This document shows positions 53,456-62,500 of a stretch of DNA of 64,000 nt, one piece after another (position 1 is the stretch's first letter; the number at the start of each line of letters is the position of its first letter). Origin of the DNA: a virus; IMG/VR virus record IMGVR_UViG_3300045988_076436; one strand, written 5' to 3'. Below the pieces are notes generated by a model. The model saw only the letters and a list, made by a program, of their open reading frames with translations. It had not been told where the DNA came from and made no database searches. Both the position numbers and the translations under genes were made by a program.

Positions 53456-53929
53456 TTACTGGAGGTCAAACACGCTCCAGTCTATGTTGTCTTTTTCTTT
53501 CCAACCGTCCATGATGGCGTTGAGAATGTAGGCTGATGCCTCCTTGCTGAACTTGATGAAGTCCTCTCTTGTCTCAAAGGTGTAGTACACTGGCGTTGCG
53601 TCCGCCTCCTCGTTGAGTTTCAGCGTGAGCGGATAGGCTATGCTCTCGTTGTTTTCCAAAGATGCGTAGTTGCGCTGCTTCTCGTCCGACAGCCATACCT
53701 TGATGCCGTCATACTCAAAGCGGTTCACAATCTTGTCCTTGGTCTCTGCGTCTATCGTGTCTCTGACAAGCTGCTTTATCTCGTCCATCGTGGGCTTGCG
53801 GCTGAACGTGTGGCGGTATTCATAGTTGCCGTCCTCGGTCTCGTAATAGCCGAAGTAGAGCAGCCATTTGTTCTTGCCTATGCGTTGCAGTCCATCTTGC
53901 CGTTGGGTTGTGCCGTATATCTTCTCCAT
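53456..53929 (-). CDS. hypothetical protein (157 aa) downstream of the RT
   Basis: Clean ORF, mixed alpha/beta style, with no resemblance to an Avd four-helix bundle. Confidence 0.55.
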   Translation of the reverse strand: MEKIYGTTQRQDGLQRIGKNKWLLYFGYYETEDGNYEYRHTFSRKPTMDEIKQLVRDTIDAETKDKIVNRFEYDGIKVWLSDEKQRNYASLENNESIAYPLTLKLNEEADATPVYYTFETREDFIKFSKEASAYILNAIMDGWKEKDNIDWSVFDLQ

Positions 53930-54004
53930 GTCGTTATGAATTTGTTACGCTGCAAAGATACACCGACACACCGCACATCGCCTTTTATCTTTAGTGAGCT
54001 GCCA

Positions 54005-55495
54005 TTAAGTGAAGTTATACTTGCGCTTGCTGCCGTCAAACACCTCACACTTGATGATGGTCTCGAATGGAAAGCCGTCCTCTATGTCGCTTATCTGGTC
54101 AAGTATGCCTTTCATCTCCAACGAGGCGGTGAAGAACTTGCCCCATTCCGAGTTGGCTGGATTGCGGAATGACACCAAATAGCGGTCTTCGCCCTCTTTT
54201 GTGTCTATGCCTGTCTCAAAGTCGTGAATTTCTATCGGTATGTTCACGATGTCACCGAGGCGTGTCACCTTGCCGGGAAAGCGTTTCTTGCCGTCAGCAG
54301 GTGTATAGGTTACGCCCATTTCTGAAAACTTCTTCATGTGTTTACCTGTTAATGTATAATATAGATGTTTACAATCTGCGTGGCAAGCCATTCCCTTGAA
54401 TGACCCTATTATCTGTTGCCGCCTCTTGCGCGACTTTATCTTGGCGAGTTTCCGTGCAGCGTTCACCTTGGTACGCTTTCTCAGCAGGGAGTAGTCCCCA
54501 TAATCAACAAAGCCGAGTGCGTCCATTCCTGCACTGATGGGTGCAACTTTCTCACTCGGCTTTATTATCAGATTGTAGGGTTTGCATAGTCTATGCAGGG
54601 TGTCCCTGTGTTTCCACAACTCTTTCTTGTTGTCTCCAAGTATGTATATGTCGTCACAAAAGCGGTTGTAGTTGTCTTTTCCACATTCCTCTATCATGGC
54701 ATGGTCTATGTCGTTGTGGTACAGGTTGCCGAAAAACTGCGAGGAGCGTAGTCCCTTGCTGATGCCTACGTTGTCATTCGGGTGCAGAGCCTTTACAAAG
54801 TCTATGAGTATGGGCAGCAGCACTGGGTCGGCAATGTAGCGTTTTATTATCTCTATCAGTCGGTCATGCAGTATGTGGTCGTAGTAACCTTTGTAGTCGC
54901 TTTGATAGTAGTATATGAGTTTCGGATTGTTCCGCCTTGCCTCCTGCATCTTGTGATACAATCCGTGTGGCCCTCTTCCCTCTATCGAGGCTGCGGTGTT
55001 CTCTATCAGTATGGGCGCAAGGTGTTTTTCCACTATCTCCATGATGGCGTTGCTGCCCACACGCTCTATGACGGACGGTGCTTGCACGGTTCTTATCTTC
55101 GGGCCGTCTGCCGTCTCAAACGATTTAAGGTGCTTGATGCGGAATGTGCCGTTGGCTATCTGTGCCTTTAGCATGGCGATGATGTCCGCCTTGCGTTTCA
55201 TGTAGCGCACCATGCGTGGCGTGCATTCCACTCCGTCTATAACAATATTCTCCCTCCACCGTAGGCCGTTGCGAGTATCTGCGTTGTGCAGGTTCGACAT
55301 GACGCGCTTGAACGAGCGTTCCATGTTCTCGTCCGCTATGATTTCGGGGATAAGGTCTAATAACGGAAAACAGATAGAAGTCTTTTCTTCTACCTGCCCC
55401 AATAGTTCTTCCAATGTATTGACAGCCTTCCTGTCCTGTGGGGAGATACTTGCGCACTCCCCACATGTGGTTAATGTCGTGTTCCGGCTTTCCAT
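54005..55495 (-). CDS. DGR reverse transcriptase (496 aa from ATG 55495)
   Basis: RT motifs YYYQSDYKGYYDHILHDRL (motif A region), ISKGLRSSQFFGNLYHNDIDH (the SQ..N motif typical of DGR RTs) and YNRFCDDIYILG (YxDD variant). A cognate TR lies immediately upstream. ORF-track start 55558 is a GTG inside an RNA hairpin. Confidence 0.88.
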   Translation of the reverse strand: MESRNTTLTTCGECASISPQDRKAVNTLEELLGQVEEKTSICFPLLDLIPEIIADENMERSFKRVMSNLHNADTRNGLRWRENIVIDGVECTPRMVRYMKRKADIIAMLKAQIANGTFRIKHLKSFETADGPKIRTVQAPSVIERVGSNAIMEIVEKHLAPILIENTAASIEGRGPHGLYHKMQEARRNNPKLIYYYQSDYKGYYDHILHDRLIEIIKRYIADPVLLPILIDFVKALHPNDNVGISKGLRSSQFFGNLYHNDIDHAMIEECGKDNYNRFCDDIYILGDNKKELWKHRDTLHRLCKPYNLIIKPSEKVAPISAGMDALGFVDYGDYSLLRKRTKVNAARKLAKIKSRKRRQQIIGSFKGMACHADCKHLYYTLTGKHMKKFSEMGVTYTPADGKKRFPGKVTRLGDIVNIPIEIHDFETGIDTKEGEDRYLVSFRNPANSEWGKFFTASLEMKGILDQISDIEDGFPFETIIKCEVFDGSKRKYNFT

Positions 55496-55589
55496 ATTTA
55501 TATGCTGTTGCCGAGGCTCTAATCCCTCGGAGTATGTTTGTGGCAATCCTCGTGCCACGTCAGAGACCTCCGATTAAACTTAACCAAGA
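55496..55589 (-). ncRNA. DGR spacer RNA between TR and RT (structured)
   Basis: Two 6-bp hairpins on the coding strand: GTGGCA-N7-TGCCAC (55540-55558) and CCGAGG-N8-CCTCGG (55511-55530). Confidence 0.5.
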
Positions 55590-55705
55590 GAATTTCAGCC
55601 GCCCACCGTAGTTCGTGTTCGAGTTCGAAGAAGCGTTGTTCGCGTTCGCATAGGCGAGACCGCTGTTCGCATTCGAGTTGTTGCCAGACCGCAGAACACA
55701 GCGGC
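55590..55705 (-). repeat. DGR template repeat (TR)
   Basis: 116 bp aligned without gaps to 56545-56660 (offset 955). All 19 mismatches are T on the plus strand, i.e. A on the coding strand, of this copy. It encodes an AAC-rich frame: RCVLRSGNNSNANSGLAYANANNASSNSNTNYGGRLKF. Confidence 0.95.
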
Positions 55706-55736
55706 GCGTGGGATTTTCTGCCTTTTGTTCCTTTGC

Positions 55737-56039
55737 TTACATAATCGGACGCACTATGTCCACTTTCAGACCAAGCGCATCAATGATGCGGAAGAACATG
55801 CCGACACCCGGCTCTATCACGCCTTTCTCTATGCGTGAGATATAGGTTTTGTCTGTTCCCACTTTCTTGGCAAGGTCTGATTGCGTCATGTGCTCTTGCT
55901 TTCTTGCGTCAAGGATTATCTGACCTACACAATAGTTGGTTGCCTCCTTTCTGAACGCTTCTCTTTCTGCAGTTCCTACTGCGCCATACTTGGCATCAAG
56001 AATGGCATCGAAACTGCTAATGTCATTTCTTTGCTGCAT
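55737..56039 (-). CDS. XRE-family HTH antitoxin (HigA-like)
   Basis: QIILDARKQEHMTQSDLAKKVGTDKTYISRIEKGVIEPGVGMFFRIIDALG. ATG 56039 (ORF-track 56060 is a TTG). Overlaps the toxin gene by 17 nt. Confidence 0.8.
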   Translation of the reverse strand: MQQRNDISSFDAILDAKYGAVGTAEREAFRKEATNYCVGQIILDARKQEHMTQSDLAKKVGTDKTYISRIEKGVIEPGVGMFFRIIDALGLKVDIVRPIM

Positions 56040-56358
56040 AATATTCCTTTTTAAGTTCAAGTGCTTTCTCTATCTCCTTTGAGGGCGTCTTTTGGGTTTT
56101 CTTCTGAAAGCCGTTGAACAGCATCACGATGTTGCCCTCATCAAAGATGAAGAATGCACGGTATATATTCCCATTGTAACTGGCTCTAATCTCATAGAGT
56201 CCGTCCTTGATGAACTTCACAAATTTCTCACTCACTCTCTCCTGCATCTTCAGCACATCAAGCACATAGTCTATCTTCTTCTGTGCGCCCATTTCCAAAG
56301 AGCGGTAGAACGTGAGGAAGTAGTCTTTGTAAAGTAATATCTTCCTCTCTGAATTCAT
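56023..56358 (-). CDS. Gp49/HigB-like (RelE-superfamily) toxin
   Basis: FLTFYRSL...KKIDYVLDVLK...KFIKDGLYEIRASYNGNIYRAFFIFDEGNIVMLFNGFQKKTQKTPSKEIEKA matches the Gp49-like (DUF891) pattern. The toxin-first gene order is as in HigBA. Confidence 0.8.
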   Translation of the reverse strand: MNSERKILLYKDYFLTFYRSLEMGAQKKIDYVLDVLKMQERVSEKFVKFIKDGLYEIRASYNGNIYRAFFIFDEGNIVMLFNGFQKKTQKTPSKEIEKALELKKEYYAAKK

Positions 56359-56362
56359 GCTG

Positions 56363-56370
56363 CAAAGGTA
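56363..56370 (-). promoter_or_regulatory. -7 box TAccTTTG (minus strand) 4 nt before the toxin ATG
   Basis: Plus-strand CAAAGGTA at 56363-56370. It lies downstream of a terminator-like hairpin, so the TA pair seems to have its own, nearly leaderless promoter. Confidence 0.4.
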
Positions 56371-56423
56371 ATACTTAAAGTTGATATATCCTACAACTTT
56401 TGCAATTATTTTGCATCACTCAT

Positions 56424-56443
56424 AAAAAACTCGCTTACGCGAG
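56424..56443 (-). terminator. small GNRA-loop hairpin plus T6 after the DGR target gene
   Basis: Minus strand CTCGC-GTAA-GCGAG followed by TTTTTT. Confidence 0.45.
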
Positions 56444-56452
56444 AAAGCAGGG

Positions 56453-56487
56453 AGAGGGAGCAGCCTCCTATCGTCGGCTCTCCCTCT
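56453..56487 (-). other. 12-bp (one bulge) GC-rich hairpin downstream of VR
   Basis: AGAGGGAG(C)AGCC / GGCTCTCCCTCT with a 10-nt loop. It begins about 30 nt after the target stop codon and about 57 nt after the VR 3' end. Confidence 0.7.
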
Positions 56488-56517
56488 GACGCTTTTTTCG
56501 TGGCTGCGCTTGCCGCT

Positions 56518-59500
56518 TTATCCGACTATTACGAATTTGCCGCGGAAGGCCAGCCGCCCACCGAAGCCCGTGAGCGAGAACGAAGAAGCGAAGTTCGCGA
56601 CCGCAAAGGCGAGACCGCTGTTCGCATTCGAGACGCCGCCAGACCGCAGAACACAGCGGCCTCTGCTGCCGGGAAACCACAAACCTGCCGCATAGTGGGT
56701 GGTGTACTTGCTCGTGTCGGTCTGATGCACCTTGCTTGGCAAGATGTCGCACTTCGCTCCATGCACCACTCTCACAACGCAGTTGCCGTTAGAGTTCACA
56801 CTCTGCACCACACGCTCGGTTTTCTTCACCGGGTCATAGATGTGGAATTTGTAGTCTATGGGGTCATCGTTGGTCTCCACACAGCGGTTCTTGTAGAACG
56901 TCTCGTAGCTCTGCACGTTTCCTGCTATGTAGTCCATCCATTCCGAGTCGCAGCCCACATAGTGTTTGAGTCCCATGATGGAGTTCATTGCGTTGCCCAC
57001 ATACGAGGTGTCGGCCATACCTATGTTGTCGAGGCTGTTCAGCGTGGCATCGTGTGCGCCATTGCCAACAACAGACTGCTCGTTGGTCGTGCCGTGGGTC
57101 GCCCACCACAGGTTGCTGATTTCCTTGTGCTGCTCGTAGTCTTGGAGCTGGTAGCCCTCTCCGCGCATGTGCGCACTGTTTTGGAAGTCCTTTGCCGTGT
57201 AGTGTATCGTCCCGGTCGGTGTCTCTGTCGGGTTGCCGTCAGTGTCGTATGCCCATTCTGCCGAGGTCTGCGAAGTGCCGTCTCCCTTGCGTGAGCGCAC
57301 CGCGCCCGATATGCTCCTTGGTCGTTTCAGTCCGTCTATGGTGATGGGGTATGTTCCCAAGAGGCTGTCGTTCTCGCCAACGGTGTGCTCCGTCCATTCG
57401 GGTTCTATGGCCTCTATATGCTCGCTATCAACGGCAAGACACAGGCTGTCCTCTATGTCGCGGTACGAGGTGAAGTACATCCACTTCGCTCCGCCAGGCA
57501 CATCGCAGAACACGTAGTTGCCTATCGAGAAGTCGAAGTAGGTGTGGCTCACCATCATGTTGAACTTGCCTACTATCTGTCCGTTCTCGTCCGTGAACAC
57601 GGCTCCGAGCCTTGCGTGGTTCAGTCCCGGCCATCTCACCTGCTTCATGCCCTCCACGTCCATGCGGTAGGCGTTCACGTTGGCAGCGGTGGTGATGATG
57701 TTCTCGTCTATCACCGTGCCTACCTCTGCCTCGTCAGCATACACGCCTGTGTTCTCCGCATAGAGCAGTGCCGATAGCATGGCCTCGCGCTTGTTGTTCA
57801 CGGTGGATAGCGGCTCGTTCTCCGTGGTCGAATAGACGATGTACTTCTGTTGGTTCTTGTAGTCGTTCACGCCCTTGTACCAGTGGTGGGGCAGATGGTG
57901 GAAGATGTCAAAGCCCTCTCCTGCGCTATCGCCCACATCGAAACTCTCGCCTGTGGCAAGATAGTTGAAGTCGCTGTCGCTCAGTTGCACGCCCTCCATC
58001 TGTTTGAGTTTGGAGTTGTAGGTACACTTGTAGGCGTGGGTCTCCTGCAATATCTTCAGTGTGTGTCCGCTCGCCACAAAGGTCTTGTCGTAGTCCGAAC
58101 CTGTCTTGTTTTCGGGGTTGCTGTATCGCTCACAGAAGTCTCCGCTCACGATGTCGTCTATCTTCACCACCGAGAACTGCGAGTTGATGACGGTCAGTTT
58201 CGGGAAGTATTTCTGCAATGCCTCCACCTCGCTGTCCTCCACAAGTTCTGTCAGTATCCATCGGCCGATGATGCCGCTGCACTGCCCGGTCTCATCGTAG
58301 GTGCTGCCGTTCGCGTCTATGCCCACGGCTTCGCTCTGCATGATGCCGCGCAGCATCTCCACGCTGGCGGTGGCGTTCACGCCCGGTATGCGCACGCTCT
58401 TCAGCTGTCCTGCCGTGGTTATCTGCCGCAGCAGGGTCATGGTGTCGATGTGCGGACACTCGTCAAGGAACATTTTCTTCACGTTCGTCATTCCTGCTAT
58501 GGTCAGTCCGCCAGGATAGGTCAGCTTGGGCAGGTTCTTGAAGTAGAGCGTGGTCATGGTGGCTGGCAGTTCAAGGGTCTCTATCGGGGCTGTCTCGGCA
58601 AGGTCTATGCTCGACAGTTGCGAACCGCTCGCCAACACCTCTTTCAGTCTCGGGCAGTACGAGGCGATGATGCTTGTTACCTTGGTGTTGCGTGCGTCTA
58701 TGCGTCTGAGGAAACTCTTGTTGCCCATGTTGAGCTGCGTGATTGCTCCGCTTTCCTCGGCTGGCGTGTAGTCCGCTCCGCCAAGTATCAGTTCTTGCAG
58801 CATCGTGCAGTTCGAGATGTCCCAACCCTCGGCTTTCGGGGTGCAGCCGCTGATGTCAAGACTGGCAAGGCGTGTCGCTCCGAACACGTAGAGCATCGTT
58901 CCTGCGCCTGTGGCGGTCATGCCGCTCTTCAGCGTGTAGCTTTCTCCTGCTTTCAGATAGCAGCTGTCCACACAAGCGTCCGCACGGTCCACTCCTAATC
59001 CGAAGAAGCCGTCCTGCACTGCCGTTATCTTGATGCTGATGTCCGTACCCACGGCACGCATCTTGAACGGATTAGTGTACAGCTCGCCCACTTGGTAGTA
59101 GCCGTCACGGTAGGCAAAGCGTTTCTCAAACGTCACGGGCAAGTCCTCATATCGCAATCCGTGTACGGCATAGTAGTAGTTTGCACCTGCCTTGGAGTTC
59201 TCGATGTACTTGCGCTCTCCGTCAAACGAGCTGGTTATCTTCGCCCACTTCGCTATGCGGTCGGTGATCCAGAGTTTCTTGCAGCCGTCTGCGGAGAATA
59301 TCTTGATGCCGTCTGCCTCCGCGCTGCGCATATCGCCCGCTATGTCGTGCAGCGTGATGGTGGTCTTGCCCTCATCTTCAAGCCAGAACTTGTCAGCTGC
59401 ATAACCTTGCTTGAACATTACAGAATTCCAACCTTGGTAATAATGCTTAGTGTCTGTCACGCTGTCCAAATCCCATGGCACAGTAATACCGCAGTCATTG

Positions 59501-62500
59501 TCAGCAAGCCAACAACAGTCTCCGTCATACCAATGGTTGAAGTAGGCGCGTATGCTGCCGTTGATGTCAAGATAGAACGAAATCATCATGTTCTTGCTTC
59601 GTTGGTCAACAGCAAGCACATAATCAGTACCTATAATGTAACAACCCGTAGAACGAACGTTGGCATAAAGGTAGAGTTCCTCGCAGAACTTTTTCAATCG
59701 GTTCTCCTTTGTTCCTGCCACGCTCTTGCCGTGCAGGGTGATGTTTCCGTCTGCCTCGGTACGGTCTTGCGAGCATTGCTGTGTCCATAGCAGCCACTTG
59801 TATAGGTTGTACGGCACTTTCTTTCCCTTGGCGTAGAGGTCGTTCAAGTCGTCATCGTCGGGGTATCGGCTCTCGTAGTAGCCGAGCCACACGGGTTCGC
59901 CTGTCGATTGGTCTATGCGCATGAGGTCGTCCACGCTGTTCACGCCTTGCAGCCAACAGAACGAGTCGTATTTCAAGTACTCAAAGCACTCTACCGGGTT
60001 CAGCACCCTGCCTGTCACGCCCCATTTCTTGGTGCTCGTGTCATACTGCATCTTGCCTGTGGTGTCTTTCCACTTGCCTCCGCTGTATTTCACATACTTG
60101 TAGTCGTTCGTCAGGTACACCGTTCCCCAGTCGTAGTTGTTCACATCGTCTGCCAGCACCTCGGCAAGGCTCTTGTCCACTTCCGTGGGGTCGGCTGTGG
60201 CGGTGGTCTCCTGCATCGTGCCTGTGCCGTCATTCTCCAAGAAGATGTGCTTCTCTCCGCAGTTTTCGCTCAGCATGTAGATGTTCGAGGCTATCAGCTC
60301 TTCGCTCTTCGCCAAGGTCTGCACCTTGAAGATGTTGAGGTCTTGGTTTTTCTCGGCCACGAGTTCCACAAAGTCGCCATAGTTCAAGCAGTCGCTGTTG
60401 TAGCCGCTCACTTTCTCGAAGCCGAAGAACGATGGGTTGCCCTTGTCCACGTTGAAGTTGGCCTTGGCATGGAAGTAGGCGTAGGTCTCGTTGGTCGCGT
60501 CCACGCTCTGCTGGTCGGTGCGGAATAGGGCGCACGTCACGCTGTCGATGCTGGTGTTCATCGTGTCGCCTCCGTTGTAGGCATTCTGCGCTGGGGTCAT
60601 GTAGTCCGCTCCCATGGCTCGCTGGGTCTTGTTCATCAGCTCCATGGTCGCTCCGTTGTTCGCGCCTGTCGAGTCGGAGTAGTCCACCTTGATGGTGATG
60701 GTCTTTACCCACAAGCCTCCGTCTATCACCTGCACTTGGCTCTTCGCGGCCATCTTCTTGGCCTTTTGGAACTTGGCCAGTGCCACTGGGTCGTTCTTGA
60801 AGTCCTCCTCTGTGTGGAGCATCTCTATCTTGCAGCCTTTGAACTTGCCTTTCTTGTTCTTCACGGGCCGCAGCGATGAGGTCGTGCCTTGGTTTGTGGT
60901 CGGCACGTTGTACACCTTGCAGTCCTGCCATGGCCTGTCGGGGAAACGGATTACCCAGTCAAAGTATGCCTTGGTCTTTTTGTCTCCGTCCAGCTTGTCG
61001 AGGTAGCCGGGGTAGCTCTGCTCGATGTCGGGGGTGTCGGCATTCTTCAGCAGGGTCACGCAGCATAGTCCTGCGTTCATGCACGCTTGCATGGTCGGCC
61101 TGTCCTTGGTTGTTCCCTCTGCGGTCTGCGAGGCCATCACTTGGTTCTTCTCGTACTCCGTCAGCATGGCTGCGGTGTCTTTCTGTCCCACCAAGTAGTT
61201 GTTGAATGCCTGTCGGTAGTTGTAGTAGGTGGCCCAGCCGATGGCACGGTACAGGTAGATGTCGGCTTTCGTGCCGTCAAACTTTATCTGCATGTCGTTG
61301 TGGGCAAACTTCCCGGCATTGTAATAGGTGGCTGCGGCCTCGTCTCCGTTCACATATATCTTGATGGAGCCTATGCCGCTGTATGGGGCTATGCTGGTCG
61401 GCTCTATCACAATGTCGAAACGTGTCTCCTTGTCAGTGGCATACAGGGCTACGGCTGTCTGCTGTGCGCCCAAGTCATCGGGGTTGGCTGCGGTTGCTCC
61501 ATCACAGGTGAACACGAGTTTCTCGCCTGTCAAGTAGAAGCCGAGCTGGTTGTCGCCCAGGCAGTCGATGATGCGTGCCGTGCGGTCTTCCACATTTTTC
61601 ACCTTTACCGTGAAACTCAGTGCCATGCCGTTCTGTTCGATGCTGGTGTTGGCGAATGGCTTGAACGAGCACACGGCTTTCATGTCCTCGGCTATGCGGA
61701 GTGCCATGCGTCCCTTGTCGTTCTCCGTGCCGTAGGTGGGCGTGCCGTAGGTGTCCTTGACAAATCCGTTGCTCGACCAGTTGCAGTTCTCAACGGTGAT
61801 TTCCACTCCTCCGTCCTTGATGGTCTTGTCGGTCTCTCCGTTGCTGCGTGAGTCCATCGTGATGTTGAACTCGCGCATGGTAGTCACTTCCTCCACATCT
61901 ACAAGCGAGCCATCAACAATGAATGTGGCGGTTTCTGATGCGCTGTCTCCGCACGTCACTTTCACCGACACGCTCTTTGTGCCGTCATGCACGCTCTCCT
62001 GCACTTGCTTGGTGAACGTGTTGGTCTGTCCCCGGTAGGCCACAGTGGTGGTCTCCTGCGCTCCGTCATACCACACCACGGCTTGCGGCTCGTCCGTGTC
62101 GGCTGCATACACGGCATAGTCCACCTCGATGTTCTCATAGAGTTTTCTCTTGCCTTGCAGCTGCTCGGTGTACCAGCGCATGCCCACTATCGGGGTGTTG
62201 TTGCCGCTCTCCACCACCATGACGGCAGTGTGGAGGTAGTTGCCCACCACGCCCGAACCTACATCTTCTCCGTGTATGCGCAGGGGGTATGCGCCATGTG
62301 TCAGTGTCTCGCCCAAGCAGCTCTTCGGGTCTATGGTGATGGAGTGCGAGTAGGTGTCGAGAACTACGCTTGTGCCGAGTGTCTGCCACTCTCCGTTTAT
62401 GTATATCTCGGTTACTACCTTGATGCCTTTGTCCGATGCGTTGTTGGCAAACTTGTACATCGGTATGCTCTTGGCGGCTCCTCCTGCGGCAAGGGCGGTG

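Noticed and set aside
53456-53929. 157-aa ORF downstream of the RT considered as the missing Avd
   Set aside because: It is on the wrong side of the RT, is not basic, and is predicted to be mixed alpha/beta rather than a ~120-aa four-helix bundle. It has no resemblance to the Avd/23S-IVS-protein sequence style.
54005-55558. RT considered as a retron, group II intron or Abi-type RT
   Set aside because: A cognate TR/VR pair with adenine-only differences lies directly upstream, which is diagnostic for a DGR. I saw no intron-like domain V/VI structure, maturase/endonuclease domain or msr/msd-like inverted repeats.
55496-55558. N-terminal 21 codons of the RT ORF as given in the track (MARGLPQTYSEGLEPRQQHIN)
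   Set aside because: The start is a GTG embedded in a hairpin stem and the segment contains two stable hairpins. It is more plausibly part of the TR-spacer RNA, and the first ATG is 55495.
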